The notes under the pieces were generated by a model, which saw only the letters and a list, made by a program, of their open reading frames with translations, was not told the DNA's origin and did no database searches. A stretch of DNA of 64,000 bases from Daphnia carinata (taxonomy: Eukaryota): the NCBI RefSeq assembly GCF_022539665.2, contig NC_081331.1, positions 1,488,001 to 1,552,000 of the forward strand, read 5' to 3'. The translations under genes were made by a program, and so were the position numbers. This document shows positions 26,851-40,822 of this stretch, piece after piece (the first letter of the stretch is position 1; every line of letters starts with the position of its first letter).

Positions 26851-26874
26851 TGGTAGGTAGGTAGGTAGGTAAGT
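26851..26874. repeat. (GGTA)n tetranucleotide microsatellite
   Basis: tggtaggtaggtaggtaggtaagt seen directly. Confidence 0.85.
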
Positions 26875-29800
26875 ATAGGGGGGAGGTGCGATTCCAACCA
26901 GACCAAAACCCCAAAGTTTCCTCTGTTTCTTCTTCTTTCTTTCTTCGCTTTTTCAAACGGTTCCACAATTTTCGGTAGATACCTTTTTTTTTCTTTGAAA
27001 TGGCAGTCTGTTTTCACTCGGATTCCTACGCCTTGTCTCGATTTTTCAATGTAGGAGAAAAGAGGGAAAGTTTCATCCTACGCCGCCGAGAGATCCATGG
27101 ATTCAAGTGTAGTAGACGAATGGTGAATGAATGAATGCGGTAGCAGCGGGCGTGACTGTGGTAAGCTGTGCGCTCTAGTCGGTCAGCGGCGCTCGGTCGT
27201 CTGAACGCACGGCGCACGGGCTCTTGTCCCAGTTCCCTCTCTTTCCAATAGGGAGGAGTGGGCCGAAAGGTAGGAGGAAGAAAGCAGGGAGGGGCAGGCC
27301 TGTGTGGGTGGGTGGGTAGTTTCTTTTCAATTTTTTATTTTGTGTGTGTTTTTTTTTTTTTTAGGTTTTAGTTGTCTCGGTCAAAAGATGGAGAAGGTCT
27401 ATTGGACGAAAGAGAATCGATCACGGTTCCTCGGCCTGAATGTTTTCGCTGACACTTTGGCCACATTAGGAACGGACGGCTTGTTTCATTTGTTTTCCAG
27501 TATCACCCGTGGTTTTGTTTTTGTTTTTCTTTCTGTTTTTCTTTTTTTTTCACACCTCCCGTTTAGCGTGCTGCCAATCGGCAATCGGTCCAACATGCAA
27601 ATGAATGCAGACAATCAAGAAAAACCTGTTCTCTTGTGAAACACTCAATTTGCGTCCGCTCTTTTTACGTAATTGTCTGTTAAGACAAGGGATGATAAGA
27701 ATCTTGATTGATGAACGAATTCACTTTGATTCTCGGTGGCATAACCTCAAACTTTTTTTTTTTCGCGCTCTTAATTTCGTTTTGTCCAATCGAGTTTTTC
27801 GTACAGCACAACAATCGACAATGAACCGTGACCGTCGACGGCCCGGGCTGGCTCTTAACTGCCTTAGTCTAGTGTTCAGACGACTCACGCCAACCCGTTG
27901 CTACGAAAAAAAGAAAGAAAAAGAATCGACTTAAAATTATATAAGAGAAGAACGAAAAAGAAAAAAAAAAAAGCTGGAAGAAGTAAGAAAGAGAAATAAG
28001 AAAACACAGTGAAGAAGAATTCAAAAAAAAAAAAAAAAAAAGGAGGACGTTGGATGGCCAATTTTAGCCAGAGGTAAAGAAGGGAGAACAAAAAAAAAAA
28101 GAAGAATTAAGAACTATAGTAAAGATAGCGAGTAGACAAGAAAACAAATGAAAGAAAGAAAGTTGGCACAGTCGTATCGTTCAAAGAACCCCAAACTATA
28201 AGCGCGCGCGCTTAATGCGCTCTTCGGATACCATGAAAGGAGGCCTGGTGCGGTCCCATCACCCCACACGCCCAATGTACCGTACGTTTCGCTGCAGGTC
28301 GTCGTGGCGCCTTGTGTGAGCGCTACACGTAGAACGAAATAAAAAAAGAGAGAAAAGCAAATACCTGTGACCGAAACAGACGGGAAGAGAGAGAGAGAAA
28401 GAAAAAAAAAGGGGGGCATATGAATTCTTTCCCTTCTTCCTATTTTTTTTTTTTTTTTCTTCTTCTTTTCCTTTTCGGCTTTTCTCTTCTTTTTCTTCAT
28501 CAAAACATATTTTCTCTTCAGGTTGAATATCGGTTCGGTCTTCTCGTTTCTCTTTTTTTTTTTTTTTTTTTTTTTTACCTCCGCCTCTGGAGTAGGCAGA
28601 TCGCCCTGAGGCTTCTCACCTTTCTCTCTTCTTGCTTCGTTCGACTTCCTTCTTTATTTTTCGACAGGTGTTTTTTTTTTATATTACCATTTTCTTATTC
28701 GCATTTGGCCGACCGACAAACGTAGACACAGACCACAAAGAAAAACGTATGCTAAGAGAAAAGAAGCAAAAAGGATCTCATCCGAAAAAAGAATTGACAA
28801 TTCCACGATGACAGTCGGAATAAATCAGGCAGTGAAAATTATCGCCTGCCGATAGCTTTCTTGGCACCGCATCGCAAACTGGATGCCATCAACCAACATT
28901 TCTCCTTCTACTTTCTTTCTCTCCATGTTGCCCTCATTTGACGAACCACACATCGATAGCAAAGAACGAATTAGCGTTCATGTTTTGCTTCTTTTTTTTT
29001 CTAACAACGTTGTGGACAGCGATAAATGACGTCCTACATGATCAAGCACCAGGTGGAGTGAATGCATTTGACATAGGCAAATATTAAAAATGTCATTATA
29101 CTGTTAGCTGGAGAAACATCTCGATTACAGACGTGAGTTGCATTTCTTTTCAAACAAACCGACAAGTACTTAGGCCGACTATTTATACAAAGCAAAACGA
29201 GTTTGAAGAGACTGAATTCTATGCAACAGCTTAAATGATGCAGGATCTTGATCCATCTCTTCTTTTATCATCTCAATGCTTCTTTTAGGCATTGAGTGAG
29301 GCCAAGCAATAGCTGCTGAAATCGGCAAGTGGCAGAGAGAAAGGACGAGCCAATATAAATACACTGTCTTGTTACACAACGTCTCGAAACTGCATCGTGC
29401 AGGAAGGCAATAAAAGAAAAAAGAGAGCTCGGACCTGTAGAGTTATATAGGTCCAATAAAACGACTAATAAATAAGTGAATTAATTCAATGACACCAGCT
29501 ACTTAGGAACAACCACGCATGAGGAGAAAATATATATATAGTTATATCGTGCATCTATTCTAAACGCGCAACAGCCGGGCGGGAAACAACTGCTCACGAT
29601 ACAGTGTGTAGGAGTAACAGTTAGTTTCTGACTCGTTCATTCAAATTTAGTTTCCAAGCTTTTTCTGTTTCTTTCTTCATGATTGCTCAAGACGTCCACT
29701 CTTTCTTATTCCTTTTGATAAGTGAACGATGTTGGCCTTTTAGTTCATCAGCATTCAGCTGAACAACTACGAACACACGGTGGGTGGTGGCTTCAAGCCA

Positions 29801-30640
29801 GTGGGTTTCCACACTGGACAAACTTTGGGACACGCAAACGATTAGAATGAATGAGGTGCGTCTTACTTATCCGACAATGCCAAGTGAGATGAAGGGGAAT
29901 CCCCTGCGGAAATTTCATACATAATTCAACAGCACTTGCCTGGAACTTTTAGCAATATCGCGAAGCATTACCTAATCGCAGATGGTGGGGTGAAATCAGG
30001 AACACATCAATAATGGATTTCAAGCGAATTTTAATATTGAAAAAAAAAAAAGAAAAGAAATGGATACTAGATTGTTAAATGTAATTTTATTTTAAAGAGC
30101 ATTCTCTTCGCTATTGTTTAATGGTGAAAACACTGGCCCATTTCCTGCTCGATTGGATCCGATGATTGGCCATTTAACAACTTGCTAATGAATAAGGAAA
30201 GGACTGATCGAGCGTTATCAGGTACGCGCCACTTCCACATTACTATTAACTATTAGTTCATCCTTGGGTGGTTATTACGGCTCCGTAATCCGATTACGTC
30301 CATGGAGAAAAGAACCATCGTACCACGAACTGGGAGGTCTTGCAAGGCGATTGCTGTTTAGTATGAATAAGGCGACTGTAAAGTGCACCTGTTAATTACA
30401 GGATTAAACGTGGATCTCATCATCGTTTGCGAGGGTTACACAAAGCTTCCCATGGGACATGCGCCAACGAACTGCTTTGACCCGGAGTTGGAAGGTCTTC
30501 TCGTTCAAAACGTTTTTTCCATTGGCCTTGCTTAATTGATGAGGGATAGGTAGGTCTAGGATGCTTTTTGTATTTAAGACACAGCACCTGATCATGTGAT
30601 GAATCATTCCAACTGACGATCTCTCACAGGCTCTATCAAC

Positions 30641-32066
30641 ATGTCACCACTCGGCAGTTCCCGTCTGGTAAGTTTTATTACTATTATTATTTTAACTTTT
30701 TAATTGTGGTCCGTCGTCCGACGTATGTTGATGATTTGTGTATTCCTTACCACGTTATGTACGCGCTTCTCGTCCCTATGGAAAGTGTGGTGACGTGAAT
30801 GCCCTGTTTACGTTCTTTCTTTCGTGCCAGATGGTCAAATGTTGGCTAACATTAGCCGTGTGCGTCGCTGCATTCTGGTGCCATCCGGTGCCTGACAGTA
30901 GCAACACAGGTGCCTCGCATCCGTCCTTGAAAGTGGAACAACTGGGACAATCGAACGAGTTTGCCGACAGCGACTATCCCGATATGATGACCGATTTCCT
31001 CCGCTTGAGCACAGCAATGCCGACCGTGGCGGCATCTACCAAGAGTTTCTTAGTCAACACACCATCGACTTCGACTCTACCGCCATCGACGACAACCAAG
31101 ACTACTACGAGGCCTTCCACCGCCAACCATGAACCCGCAACTGCTGGTGTGGCTACAGCCAAGTACATCCCGACCGTGACAACGACAACTACTGGCAAAC
31201 CTACCACAGCTATTAACACGACTCCCGCAATAATCGTAGAGACAACAACGATCCTTCCTCGAGTCCAAAAAGAGCAAACGTCGGTTACTCCGCTGGTTTC
31301 TGCTGAAAAATTGCAAGCCGTAAAGAAACCGGCCGGGTTAAACGAGATTGAACCATTGCAAAAGACGGACACGCAAACAAAGCCTACGGCTGTTGTCGCT
31401 CAAACGACGGCCAATCCCAGCTCGTCTGCGGTGCAACAAAAACAGATTCCTAGCCCGGCCGCTACTCAAGCGCAACAGACCGCCACCACTCAATCCGCCA
31501 TCACTACAGCCCCTTTTAATGAGCAGTGGCAGCCGAGCTTTACAGGATTAGGCCAGCAGCAAGCACCATCAGCTATCCCACCGGCCGCGGTATTTAATCA
31601 GCCACAACAGCAGCAGATGGCGGTTGGCGGTGCCACTGCAATCCAGCAACCAACTAATCAGGTGCAAACAGCCGCTAGCTATGGGCCACGCCAGCAAATC
31701 CAGGTACCGAATTTCACCCCAATGGCAGTGGCCAATATGCAACAACATCAACCCGTGATGCAAAATCCAATCATGGTCCAGCAAATGATGCGCAATCCTG
31801 CCTTCCAACAGCAACAGTTCCAGATGATGTATCAAAATCGGGTTCCGGTTACAACTCAGACTTCGACAAATGCCAAACAAAAAATTAAACCGGCGTCCAC
31901 CATCTTAACTCCTCTTGCTAATCCGTTGATTGGCAACAATAGGCGGCCCGTGTATTTCGTTGGAGGTAATGGCGCTCCCGCTAATTTGCTCCCGCTTTCT
32001 GCTTGGCCACAGTTGGTGTCCAACGGCGTTCAAACATCTCCGTCAGTAGCGACCGCATCGGTCTAG
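30641..32066 (+). CDS. Secreted Thr/Pro- and Gln-rich low-complexity (mucin-like) protein of unknown function
   Basis: Short exon 30641-30667 (MSPLGSSRL|gtaagt) splices in frame to an acceptor before 30831 (tgccag|ATG GTC AAA). A signal-peptide-like MVKCWLTLAVCVAAFWC follows, then a ~410-codon open frame with T/P-rich and Q/M-rich segments. AATAAA at 32347-32352. The start could be 30641 or 30831. Confidence 0.75.
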
Positions 32067-35000
32067 TTCCAATACCGTCCTGCGTCGTGTAAAAAAAAAA
32101 AAAACTAAAAACGAACAAACTTTTTAAATCTCCAAATCTCATCTGTTTCATCTCCTCTATTTTTTATTTTCCCGTCGTGATTATGACAAAATACACCAAA
32201 TAATGGCTGGCCTTTATTTATAAAAAAAAACAAAAACTTTTTTTTTTTATTCAATTGTATAAAAATTGTTTAGACCTTGGAACAATTGTGCGATTTCTAC
32301 GTTTTTTTTGCTCAATTTGCCTCGCGGTTATCACAAGCGGCAATTGAATAAAAGCAAAAACAAAAAATTGTAGTAAAAAAAAACAAAAAAGAGAAATATG
32401 ATTGCATGCTGATCAATCAAACTGAATAGCTGAATAGGAATGCTGGCAAACACGAATCAAATGAATTGTTCTGCAGCAAAACTGTGAAGGTCGATCCAAT
32501 CCTTACGCAACCAGTCTCAAAGAAAGGCCCAGTAAACCGGTCAAGCGCTGTGGTTGCACGAAATAACGTGCCGCCTGTCTGATTCATAACGATATGCTAA
32601 ACGATAGTACCTATCACAAGCAAACCGGGCACCTGCTGACGTACCACTAGTCGCATTTTGACTGGGTGGGGCTGTCTTTTTTTTTTTTTTTTTTTTTTTT
32701 TTTTGTTTGTGTGCCTTTTTCCCCTTTAAACTGTAGCGTAATTGTGTGACCTGTTTTCCCACGAAGCCCGTCATTCTAGTTGTTTTTCGAATAATCATCT
32801 CTTTCTCTCTTGTGTTTCTCTTGTACAAAACATTGAACTAGTAACTCTTCTTTCACCAATTATTCTACTTATTGCCGGTTTTTTTTTTGGGGTGTGTGTG
32901 GCTCTTCTTTCCGTTTCTCTTTGCTGGTCTAGACACACGCTCTTCTTCTGTACGTGTCTTCTGCCGAAACTAGTGTTCTGTTATAATGAGTAAATACGTG
33001 CGTGAGCAAGTCACGTAATAGAACTCGATTTCGGAGAGATTCCGTCTTCTCCTCCTACTTCTCCGCTATGTTTTCCTTTTCTTTTCTTTTTTTTTGTTTC
33101 ACTTCGTTTTCTTCTTCTTGTTCTTCTTTTTTCTTTCTTACTTCTCTGTCCTTTTCCCCCGAGTTTCCCCCCTTCTTCGTCGAAGGTGGCCATGCCGGAG
33201 TTGCCTTTCACTTTGGCACCGTTCGGTTATTGGTTGGTTGGGATCTCTGCGGCGTTCGGATTCCCTCCCCTTCTCCATCCATCCACACCACCTTTTCTTC
33301 TTCTTCTTCTTCTTTGTCCTCTTCTTTAATACACCAAAGAAAGAGAGAAGGAAAAAAAAATAACAAACCTAGTAGCTTCAAACAGCACCGTCCGCCGGCC
33401 GTACTAGGGCCGCTCTCCATTCACCTCTCGCTACTTTAGAAGGAAAAGAAAACCTTAAAAAAAAACAAAAAACAAACAGGGACTCCCTTCTATTTTGTTT
33501 TGTTGTTGCTACTCGCCGGTGGTGTGGCGGTGACTGTCTTGTCCTATTGCATTATCTGACCTGCTGGCTGCTTGTTCTTGTCTGTCTGACAACAGTTGGG
33601 ATAGCTGCAAGTCAGAGAGAAAGGGAATCAAGTAATTCTAGGATTTTTTGGGTTTTTTTTTTTTTTTTTCTATTCTGAATTTTTACTCACCTGATGCCCC
33701 AGTCACCAGTTGGCCACTTGATCCCGCGTTACTGACTGGACAGGCTCACAAGTCATCGGTCAGCCGTAGCGGCCGGCAGTCCAAAACAATACTACCCTCT
33801 ACATTGTTTTATTTCTCCACCGGTTGGTTTTTGTTTTTGAAATGTTTTCTTTTAATGGCGACATCGAACTCATTTGTTTTCGTTGGTTGTTTTTTTTTTT
33901 TTTTCAATCAGATTGATTACTACACTCAGTTGGATTTGCTTCCGTCTTGTTGACTACATATACGATCGCTGTTGCAAGGTAAGTCTCTTTTTATTTTGTT
34001 CATTTGCAAGATAGTTTAGTTATGTTCCGATTTTGGAAGTGATTGCCATTGTTTGAATGAACAAATTCGTACGCACTTTCAACTATTACGTTCGAAATAT
34101 TTGCAAGGATTTATTTGGCTAGCTACGGTAATGTGCGTCATTGTTTGGTTGTGTGGCCTTGTGACGCCTTCGCGAAAGTCAAATGCTGTCCATCAATGTC
34201 CAGATAACGTAGCGACTCTACAACCTTTCTATTCTCGTGACGCACGCTTTCGGGATAATGTTCCACTCTTTAAACGGGAAAACACTCGAGGTCATCTTCA
34301 CTCCACCCGACCCCGCCCAATCCACCAGTCCACAGAGAATTGTGGTAAACTGCCGGAATTTCGTGCATTCAGACGCGCCTTATTAGACAAAAAAACCGTC
34401 CTTGTAAACTGCGTTACCTCCAACTCTTTCTTCCTCCTTTTAGTATATTCAACCCAATCAGATCTTTTGAAAAAAAAAAAATCAAGGTATTTCCTGCTTT
34501 TTTTTTTTCTCATTGAAAATTGGAAATCTAAATATCAAAAGATGAAACAGCATTTTCTTTTTTGTTTGTCCGGGGAAGACTCTCGAAGAAAGAGAGAGAG
34601 TGCGTGTATATATCTATTTTGCGTACCTACCGACAGTAGTATGGTTAGGGGAAGAGTAACACGGTTAGAACAGAAGTTGTATACCGACAGGATGATTGGA
34701 TAGGATTTCTCTTCCATTTCACCGTTTGTTGTACCCACTCGTGAAGTTCTTATAACCATCACGGACGGTGCTGCACGCACGCGTGTACAGTCTGAGGCCG
34801 ACCGGCGATGAATATCTTGGGTGTAACGCTTTCTTCAACTAAAAATACGTAAAATCTTGCAGACACACACACACACACACACGAGGAATGAATGAATGAA
34901 TAAGATGATCGACCGTTTTAAAGATGAGGGTAGTCTGTCGGCGGGCCAGATGGGTATAGTCGATCATCAGACAGCAGAACCTAGTTTTTCGTCGACTTCT

Positions 35001-36630
35001 TTTGTATTTAGCCGAACCGACTTTGTGATGACCATCTTTCTAGAAAGAGAGAGACGTGGGAAAAGTATACAGCAATCATAAAAAGTGTGTCGATGCATTT
35101 CATTCCTGCTAGCTGTAGGCCAACGCAGCAGGGCGCGCACACAACCAAGTTCCAGCAGCCGTTGAGGGCTCTCCAACAGCTGAAAGGAAAATCGTTCAAC
35201 ATCTCATTTTTTCAATTTCTTCATACAAAAGGGCACGATGAGAAGCTGGGAATAAAAAAAAAAGGATACAAAAATCAATTTGTCTAACGGGGTACAAACG
35301 AATTAAAACAGTAATTTATGTATCTTTTTTTTTTTTGTAAGGAAAACAAAGAAATTCGAAGAAATCGATCGATCAAAGGCAAAGGTAAAAAAAAAAAAAA
35401 AAAGAAATTGTGAAAGAGAGAGAGAGAAACAACAGAGTATAGAGGACGAAAAAGGAAAATCAAAATGGGTAACCTTGTCGTTCGTTTCGCCCATAGCGAA
35501 GGTGTAGCCTTTTGTATTCCCCCCTTCTCAAGTGGGGCTCCAGTTTTTTTTTTCGAGGCCGGAATCTGTGAGAAGACGAACATAATGGTAGGAAAGATAA
35601 AAGAGATAGAAACGCAAACACACTCGCAGTCAGACCCGAAAAGAGCGACGAGAGAGAACCCGTTTCACTTTCTCTCGGACAATTTATGAGTGGAGGGCGA
35701 ACGACTAGTCTAGTAAGTCCATCCGCGCCAACGAGTCCGCTTCTCTCGTCATTCCGTTGTGCCTTTTTCCATTTCTTTTTTTTTTTCTTAAGGATTGTTT
35801 ACCTAGTTCTGTTGTGGCTCTCTAGTACCTTTGATTCATCCGTAAAAATTTGTCCGTTTAAAACCGTCAACGGGTTGCGTGTGTCCAACGTGTTTTCGTT
35901 CTCAAACCTCAAATAGTCCCGCTGACCCATCCGGGTTGGGGGTTTTTCTTTGGGCAATTTGCCAAAAGATAGACGACCATCCCAATTACGAAGGGCTGTC
36001 GATCGTACGCGTCGCCATCGTCGTGAAAAGTGGGTCATACCCAAACTCGTGAGACACAATCAAATCAATAGAAAGGTGCGAGGGTTGGCACTGGAGTTGT
36101 TTTAACTTTCAATCCATCTCTTTCTCTCTCTCTCTCTCTTTTTTCTTCGCCCTTCCGCAATCCCTCTACCAATACAGTAGTTGATTTAAGGCATTGCTGA
36201 GGTTTCTCATCGGCTTATTTGGTCCTAGCATTGTCCGTTGTCTGGTTCCAGTGGCTTGCCGTTTTTTTTTCTCGAGTTGCAGTGCATTCGTTTGAGTGAG
36301 GCGTACCTTACCGGGCAACCACTTTCCCCATTGTGTGTTTTTTGCTATTTATGATACCCAAGTGTTATATGTTTCTCTTTATTTCTTTTTTTTCTCCTCT
36401 CCTAACTGTGTGCGTGTGTGTCTACCATCTCTCTAACCAACAGGTCCTTGTTGGTGGTGCCCCGTATTTGTTGGATTGCTGCAGCCGTGCAGACGTGATC
36501 AACCCGATCCAATTGGGTCTCAGCCTGATCTTTTGCAGAGAAAGAACAATTGTGTGGCTGGTCATTGGCTGTCGCTAAATAGAAACAACAGGTGTGTCGT
36601 GGAGTCCGAGAACATATAAGGAAAAAAAAA

Positions 36631-39600
36631 ATGGCGTTCACCTTCTCTTTCACGACGGCCATTATGATGGGTGAGTGCATTTAAAAATCATTAGCACTTT
36701 CTTTCACTTTTTATCTGTCGGGCTTTCCCTCGAAAATGAACAACACAAACAAACCACGACTTGAACATTACGGCCTTTTCCACCGATGAAGCGCAAATCC
36801 TCCCCCCCCCCCTAACTCTTCTATGAAATTAAAAGAAAATGAGACGACTTTCTCTCTCGAAAGCAGATTCCGTTCGAGCAGAAAGAAGAGAAAGAATTTT
36901 ATTGGATTAATATTATGAATTCACCCGCTTCACGGTAAACACACACGCAGCTTTATTCCGTCTTTTTGGATACCCGAGCTGCATCCATAAAACCAGCCCT
37001 CTCTCTTCTTTAAAACTCAAACATTTTTTAAAAACTAAAACATTTTTTTGTTATGTTTGTTAAAGAAAGAAATCCCTTCTCTCGCTGTGTCTACCTGTGT
37101 GTTGGCTAAGAACGACGAGAGAAGCACAAACGTGAAATCGCTCGCGAGACCCGAAAAGACTCGTTTTTTTTTCTTCAGTCCCAGTCCACTAGTGAAAGTC
37201 ACTGACATAGAAGCACGTAGTTTTATTTTTCTCAACAGACTTCGTTTGCTGTTGAAATTGGAAATCCCACTTACAGCCATGAAAAAGAATGACCTCGATT
37301 AGCTCGCCCTCTGCAATTCTTGTCACAATCGCCAAAAGTGTTGTCTTCTTTGTCTTTAGATCACAGTCCGGGGTAACTAAAAGTTAATTGTATCATCAAA
37401 TATAGCTGTTTTGTTGGAGCTGAGCCATCACCGTAGTCTTCCTCGATCCGTTTTTGTTTTTTCCCGGCTGTTTTGTTTCTAATACATACCATTTTAGCAC
37501 GAACCCATTGGCGCAGCTATTTGATCCAGGTATCGGCCTCGTGAGTCAGCAGTAGACCAACAGGTCAGAGAAGTAGAGGAAATATTTAAACGACTCTATA
37601 TGCTGGTGGATGACTATACAGCTTTGTTCTCGGTCGCGAAACCATAGCAGGTTGTACACAAGAACCTAAGCAAAAGAACCCGAAAAACAACAACAACAAA
37701 CATTCGTGATCCAAGAAGCGAGAAAGGGGATGAACGCAATGCGGGAGGGAAAGAAAAAGGCCACAAACACGGATTAGAAATGGCAATCACACTGACCTAT
37801 ATTTAGGTCTTACATGTTTTCGGGACTTGTTGCAAAAATAAAAATTCACCAGCACATGAAATTGACGTCAGGGATAGAAAATAGAAATGAAACGAAAAAG
37901 ATCGGCTTTCCATCAGACACACATACATGGCGGGACGAGTATTATTATATAGCTGATGGGCCTGATTACGCCGGCTTTTAGTGGAACACTTTCGCAAAAG
38001 GCGAAACGAACCCAAACTGCGGCCAATCTCTGCCCACAGTCGCCGTCAAACAACAGCAAAAACAGAAACGTGTAACCTCATTTTTTCTTTTTCTTCCCCT
38101 CTCTGTTTTCCTTTAAAAAAAAAGTTTTAGGTCTGGCGTTGATGGTCTCGTGCCAAGAGGTGAAACTCGAAGAGGTGAAATCTGATGGAGCCGAAGATGT
38201 TCCGGCCAACGCAGTAGAAGGATCCACTCGGCCACCCTTAACAGGCATCCCGCAAATCGATTACATTTGGGATCCGAATCTTCCGCCTGCCCTAAACGGC
38301 TACAATCTCAGCAATTATCCGTTTTACTATAAAATGCCCGGTCGTGACGAGATGAATTTCGAATGCGACAATCGCCTCGATGGGTTCTACGCTAGTGTCC
38401 TCCACAAATGTCAAGTAATTCAAAAACAAACGGCCTTTTCATTTAAACAAAATTTAATTCTTTTTCATCGCATTATAAACCCACAGGTTTACCATCAATG
38501 TCTGTTTGGCCAACGCTACGACTTCATGTGCGCTAACTTCACGGCTTTTGATCAAAAGATTTTTAATTGCCAGTTCGCCAATGAAGTGGATTGCGACAAT
38601 TCGCCTTTGTTCTACGACAGGTCTGTTATTTATTTGACACTTGCTCATATTTTATTCGGAACCTCAATTTCTCTTTTCGTTTTTTTGGTGTGACCTCCAT
38701 CGTGAAGGAACGAAGCGCTTTACAAAGAAGCGTCTACAACTCCCGCACCGACGCCGGCGCCTCAGGTTGTCGTGGTACGAACGCGTTTCGTCGACGAGAC
38801 AGGCCGTGAAGTACCGCCACCAGGCCGTCCTCAAGGTGGACGTTTCCGACGTCCACAAGGCAAACGCCGTCCTGTTTATTACGATGATTATTACGATTAC
38901 GATTATCAAGAGTACTACGACGCCCCTGCCAATGAGGAAGAAGATCCGGCAGGAAACGGAACGGCGAAAGCCAAACCATCAAAAGCCCCAATTGAGGTGA
39001 GGAAAAAAGCAGATGGAATCGAACAAAGCAATTTGATACGGACAAGAAACATTCGTGAACGAAATCTAGCTTCTATTGTCATTGAATGGTTGACAGTTGA
39101 ATAAGCAGGAGAAATAGGGTAACAGGAGATTCTATGATTGGTAAGTAGGTAGGCATAATTCGGTCAGTGTAACACTTGGTTTTTTTTCCCTACAGGATAC
39201 GTGAAGAACTGGCTAAAGTCAAACCAGAAAAGGAAATTTCTTTTTATTTTATCTATTTATTGCAAAGTTTTATTTCAACGGGAAACTCATCATTCCGGTT
39301 TGAGAGATTTGAAAGCCTTATAGGACATAAAGAAAGAGACTCATCTTTAGCGGAAAAACTCTCAAAATGTAACGAATTCAATTGTTTTCTATACGTGAAT
39401 TTTGTTTCCTGTTTTTAGGAAGAGGTCGCCGCACCAGTTAAACCGGCCAAAGCGGTTGGTGGAAGGCAACAGCAGCAACAACATAACAAGCCGAATTCAG
39501 GGCAAGGTAACAAGCTCAACATCTTCAACAACAACCGACCCCCACCGAGGATCCGTCCACCCGTTCCGAACAGCGAAGGCAAGAAACAACAACCGGTGAA

Positions 39601-40822
39601 AACGACAACTCCATCAACGACGACCGCCTTGCCTGCCGAAGATGAATACGAATACGTTGACTACGTCGATGGTGAAGTGGAAGTGGTCACCACAACAACA
39701 ACAACGACTCAAAAACCGACGACCAAGAGACGTGTCAGACGTCCCAAGATGTCAACAACATCTACGACGACGACATCTGCGCCTTTGGTCGATGAGTTTG
39801 TCGATGACGAAGTATTCTTTGACGAGGAAGTCGTCGAACCGGTTACCACTCCTGCCCCACGTCCCCGAAGACCGGTTGGATCATTGAGAGGCAGTGGAAC
39901 AAGACTGGCGCAATCCAGCACAACATCGACGACCGTAGCACCGACATCAACGACTCCACTAGCGCCAGCCGTCGAAGAAGAACCAATCCAACTGCCTTCG
40001 AAACCCAATCCTTCTTTATTCAATCGCAGGACGGCCGTTGTCAATATTTTGAAGCGGAGGAGTTCAACAACGGCCGCACCACCTCAGGAAATTTTTAACG
40101 AATACGATGAAATAGTGGACGAATTCGTTGATGAAGCGCCAGCAGTTACTCAAGTAAGTCAAACAAAACATCGATGACCGTCCACATGTTTTTAATGGCT
40201 TCTCTTTGTTCGATAGGCAACAACAGTGAAGACTACAACAACGACCACAACAACACCAGCACCAACTAGACGGACAACCAGAGCCAGGCCTTCGAGACCT
40301 TTGAACACGGCCCGTGCTCGTCTCACCACAGAAGCGCCTGTCGTTGTTGTTGAAGAAGAGGCTGTTGCGACTGAAGCGCCAGTCGTAGTCGAAGTTGCTT
40401 CTCCTGCACCCGAAGAAGCCTCTACGACACGGGCGGCAGTTCGGTCGAGGCTGCGTTCCAGACCGCAAGCCTCTCCGGTAGTGGAAGAGGAGGCAGTCGT
40501 TACAGCTGCACCAGCAGTACGGAGAGGCGCCCAAAGACGAGTATGAAATTTGAAAAAGAACCATTTGATGGTTGTATGCAGAATCATTTTACATTAGATT
40601 CTTTCTGTACAAAAGGGTCCGCAACCAGTGTCTGAAGTCGAATTGGATGCGCAGACAGATGTTATTGGGACGGAAGAGAATTCGCGGCAAGGAAGAGATT
40701 TGATTGCGCCTGAAACATCCCGCACCATGCTGGAAGAGTCAACAAACTTTGATGAAGACCACGGCGAGAGCCAGTGGTCTCTAATTCACTTATTTTCTCG
40801 TGTCTTCCCACAACGCGCTTGA
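36631..40822 (+). CDS. Secreted chitin-binding type-2 (peritrophin-A/CBM14) protein with long Thr/Glu/Arg-rich mucin-like tail (CPAP1-like)
   Basis: Exon 36631-36670 joined to 38131 gives the signal peptide MAFTFSFTTAIMMGLALMVSC. The domain CDNRLDGFYASVLHKCQ|VYHQCLFGQRYDFMCANFTAFDQKIFNCQFANEVDC has CX14CX5CX9CX12CX7C spacing. Exons are about 38131-38414, 38487-38620, 38709-38996, 39419-40153, 40217-40540 and 40616-40822. A probable non-coding exon lies at 33912-33978. Confidence 0.88.
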
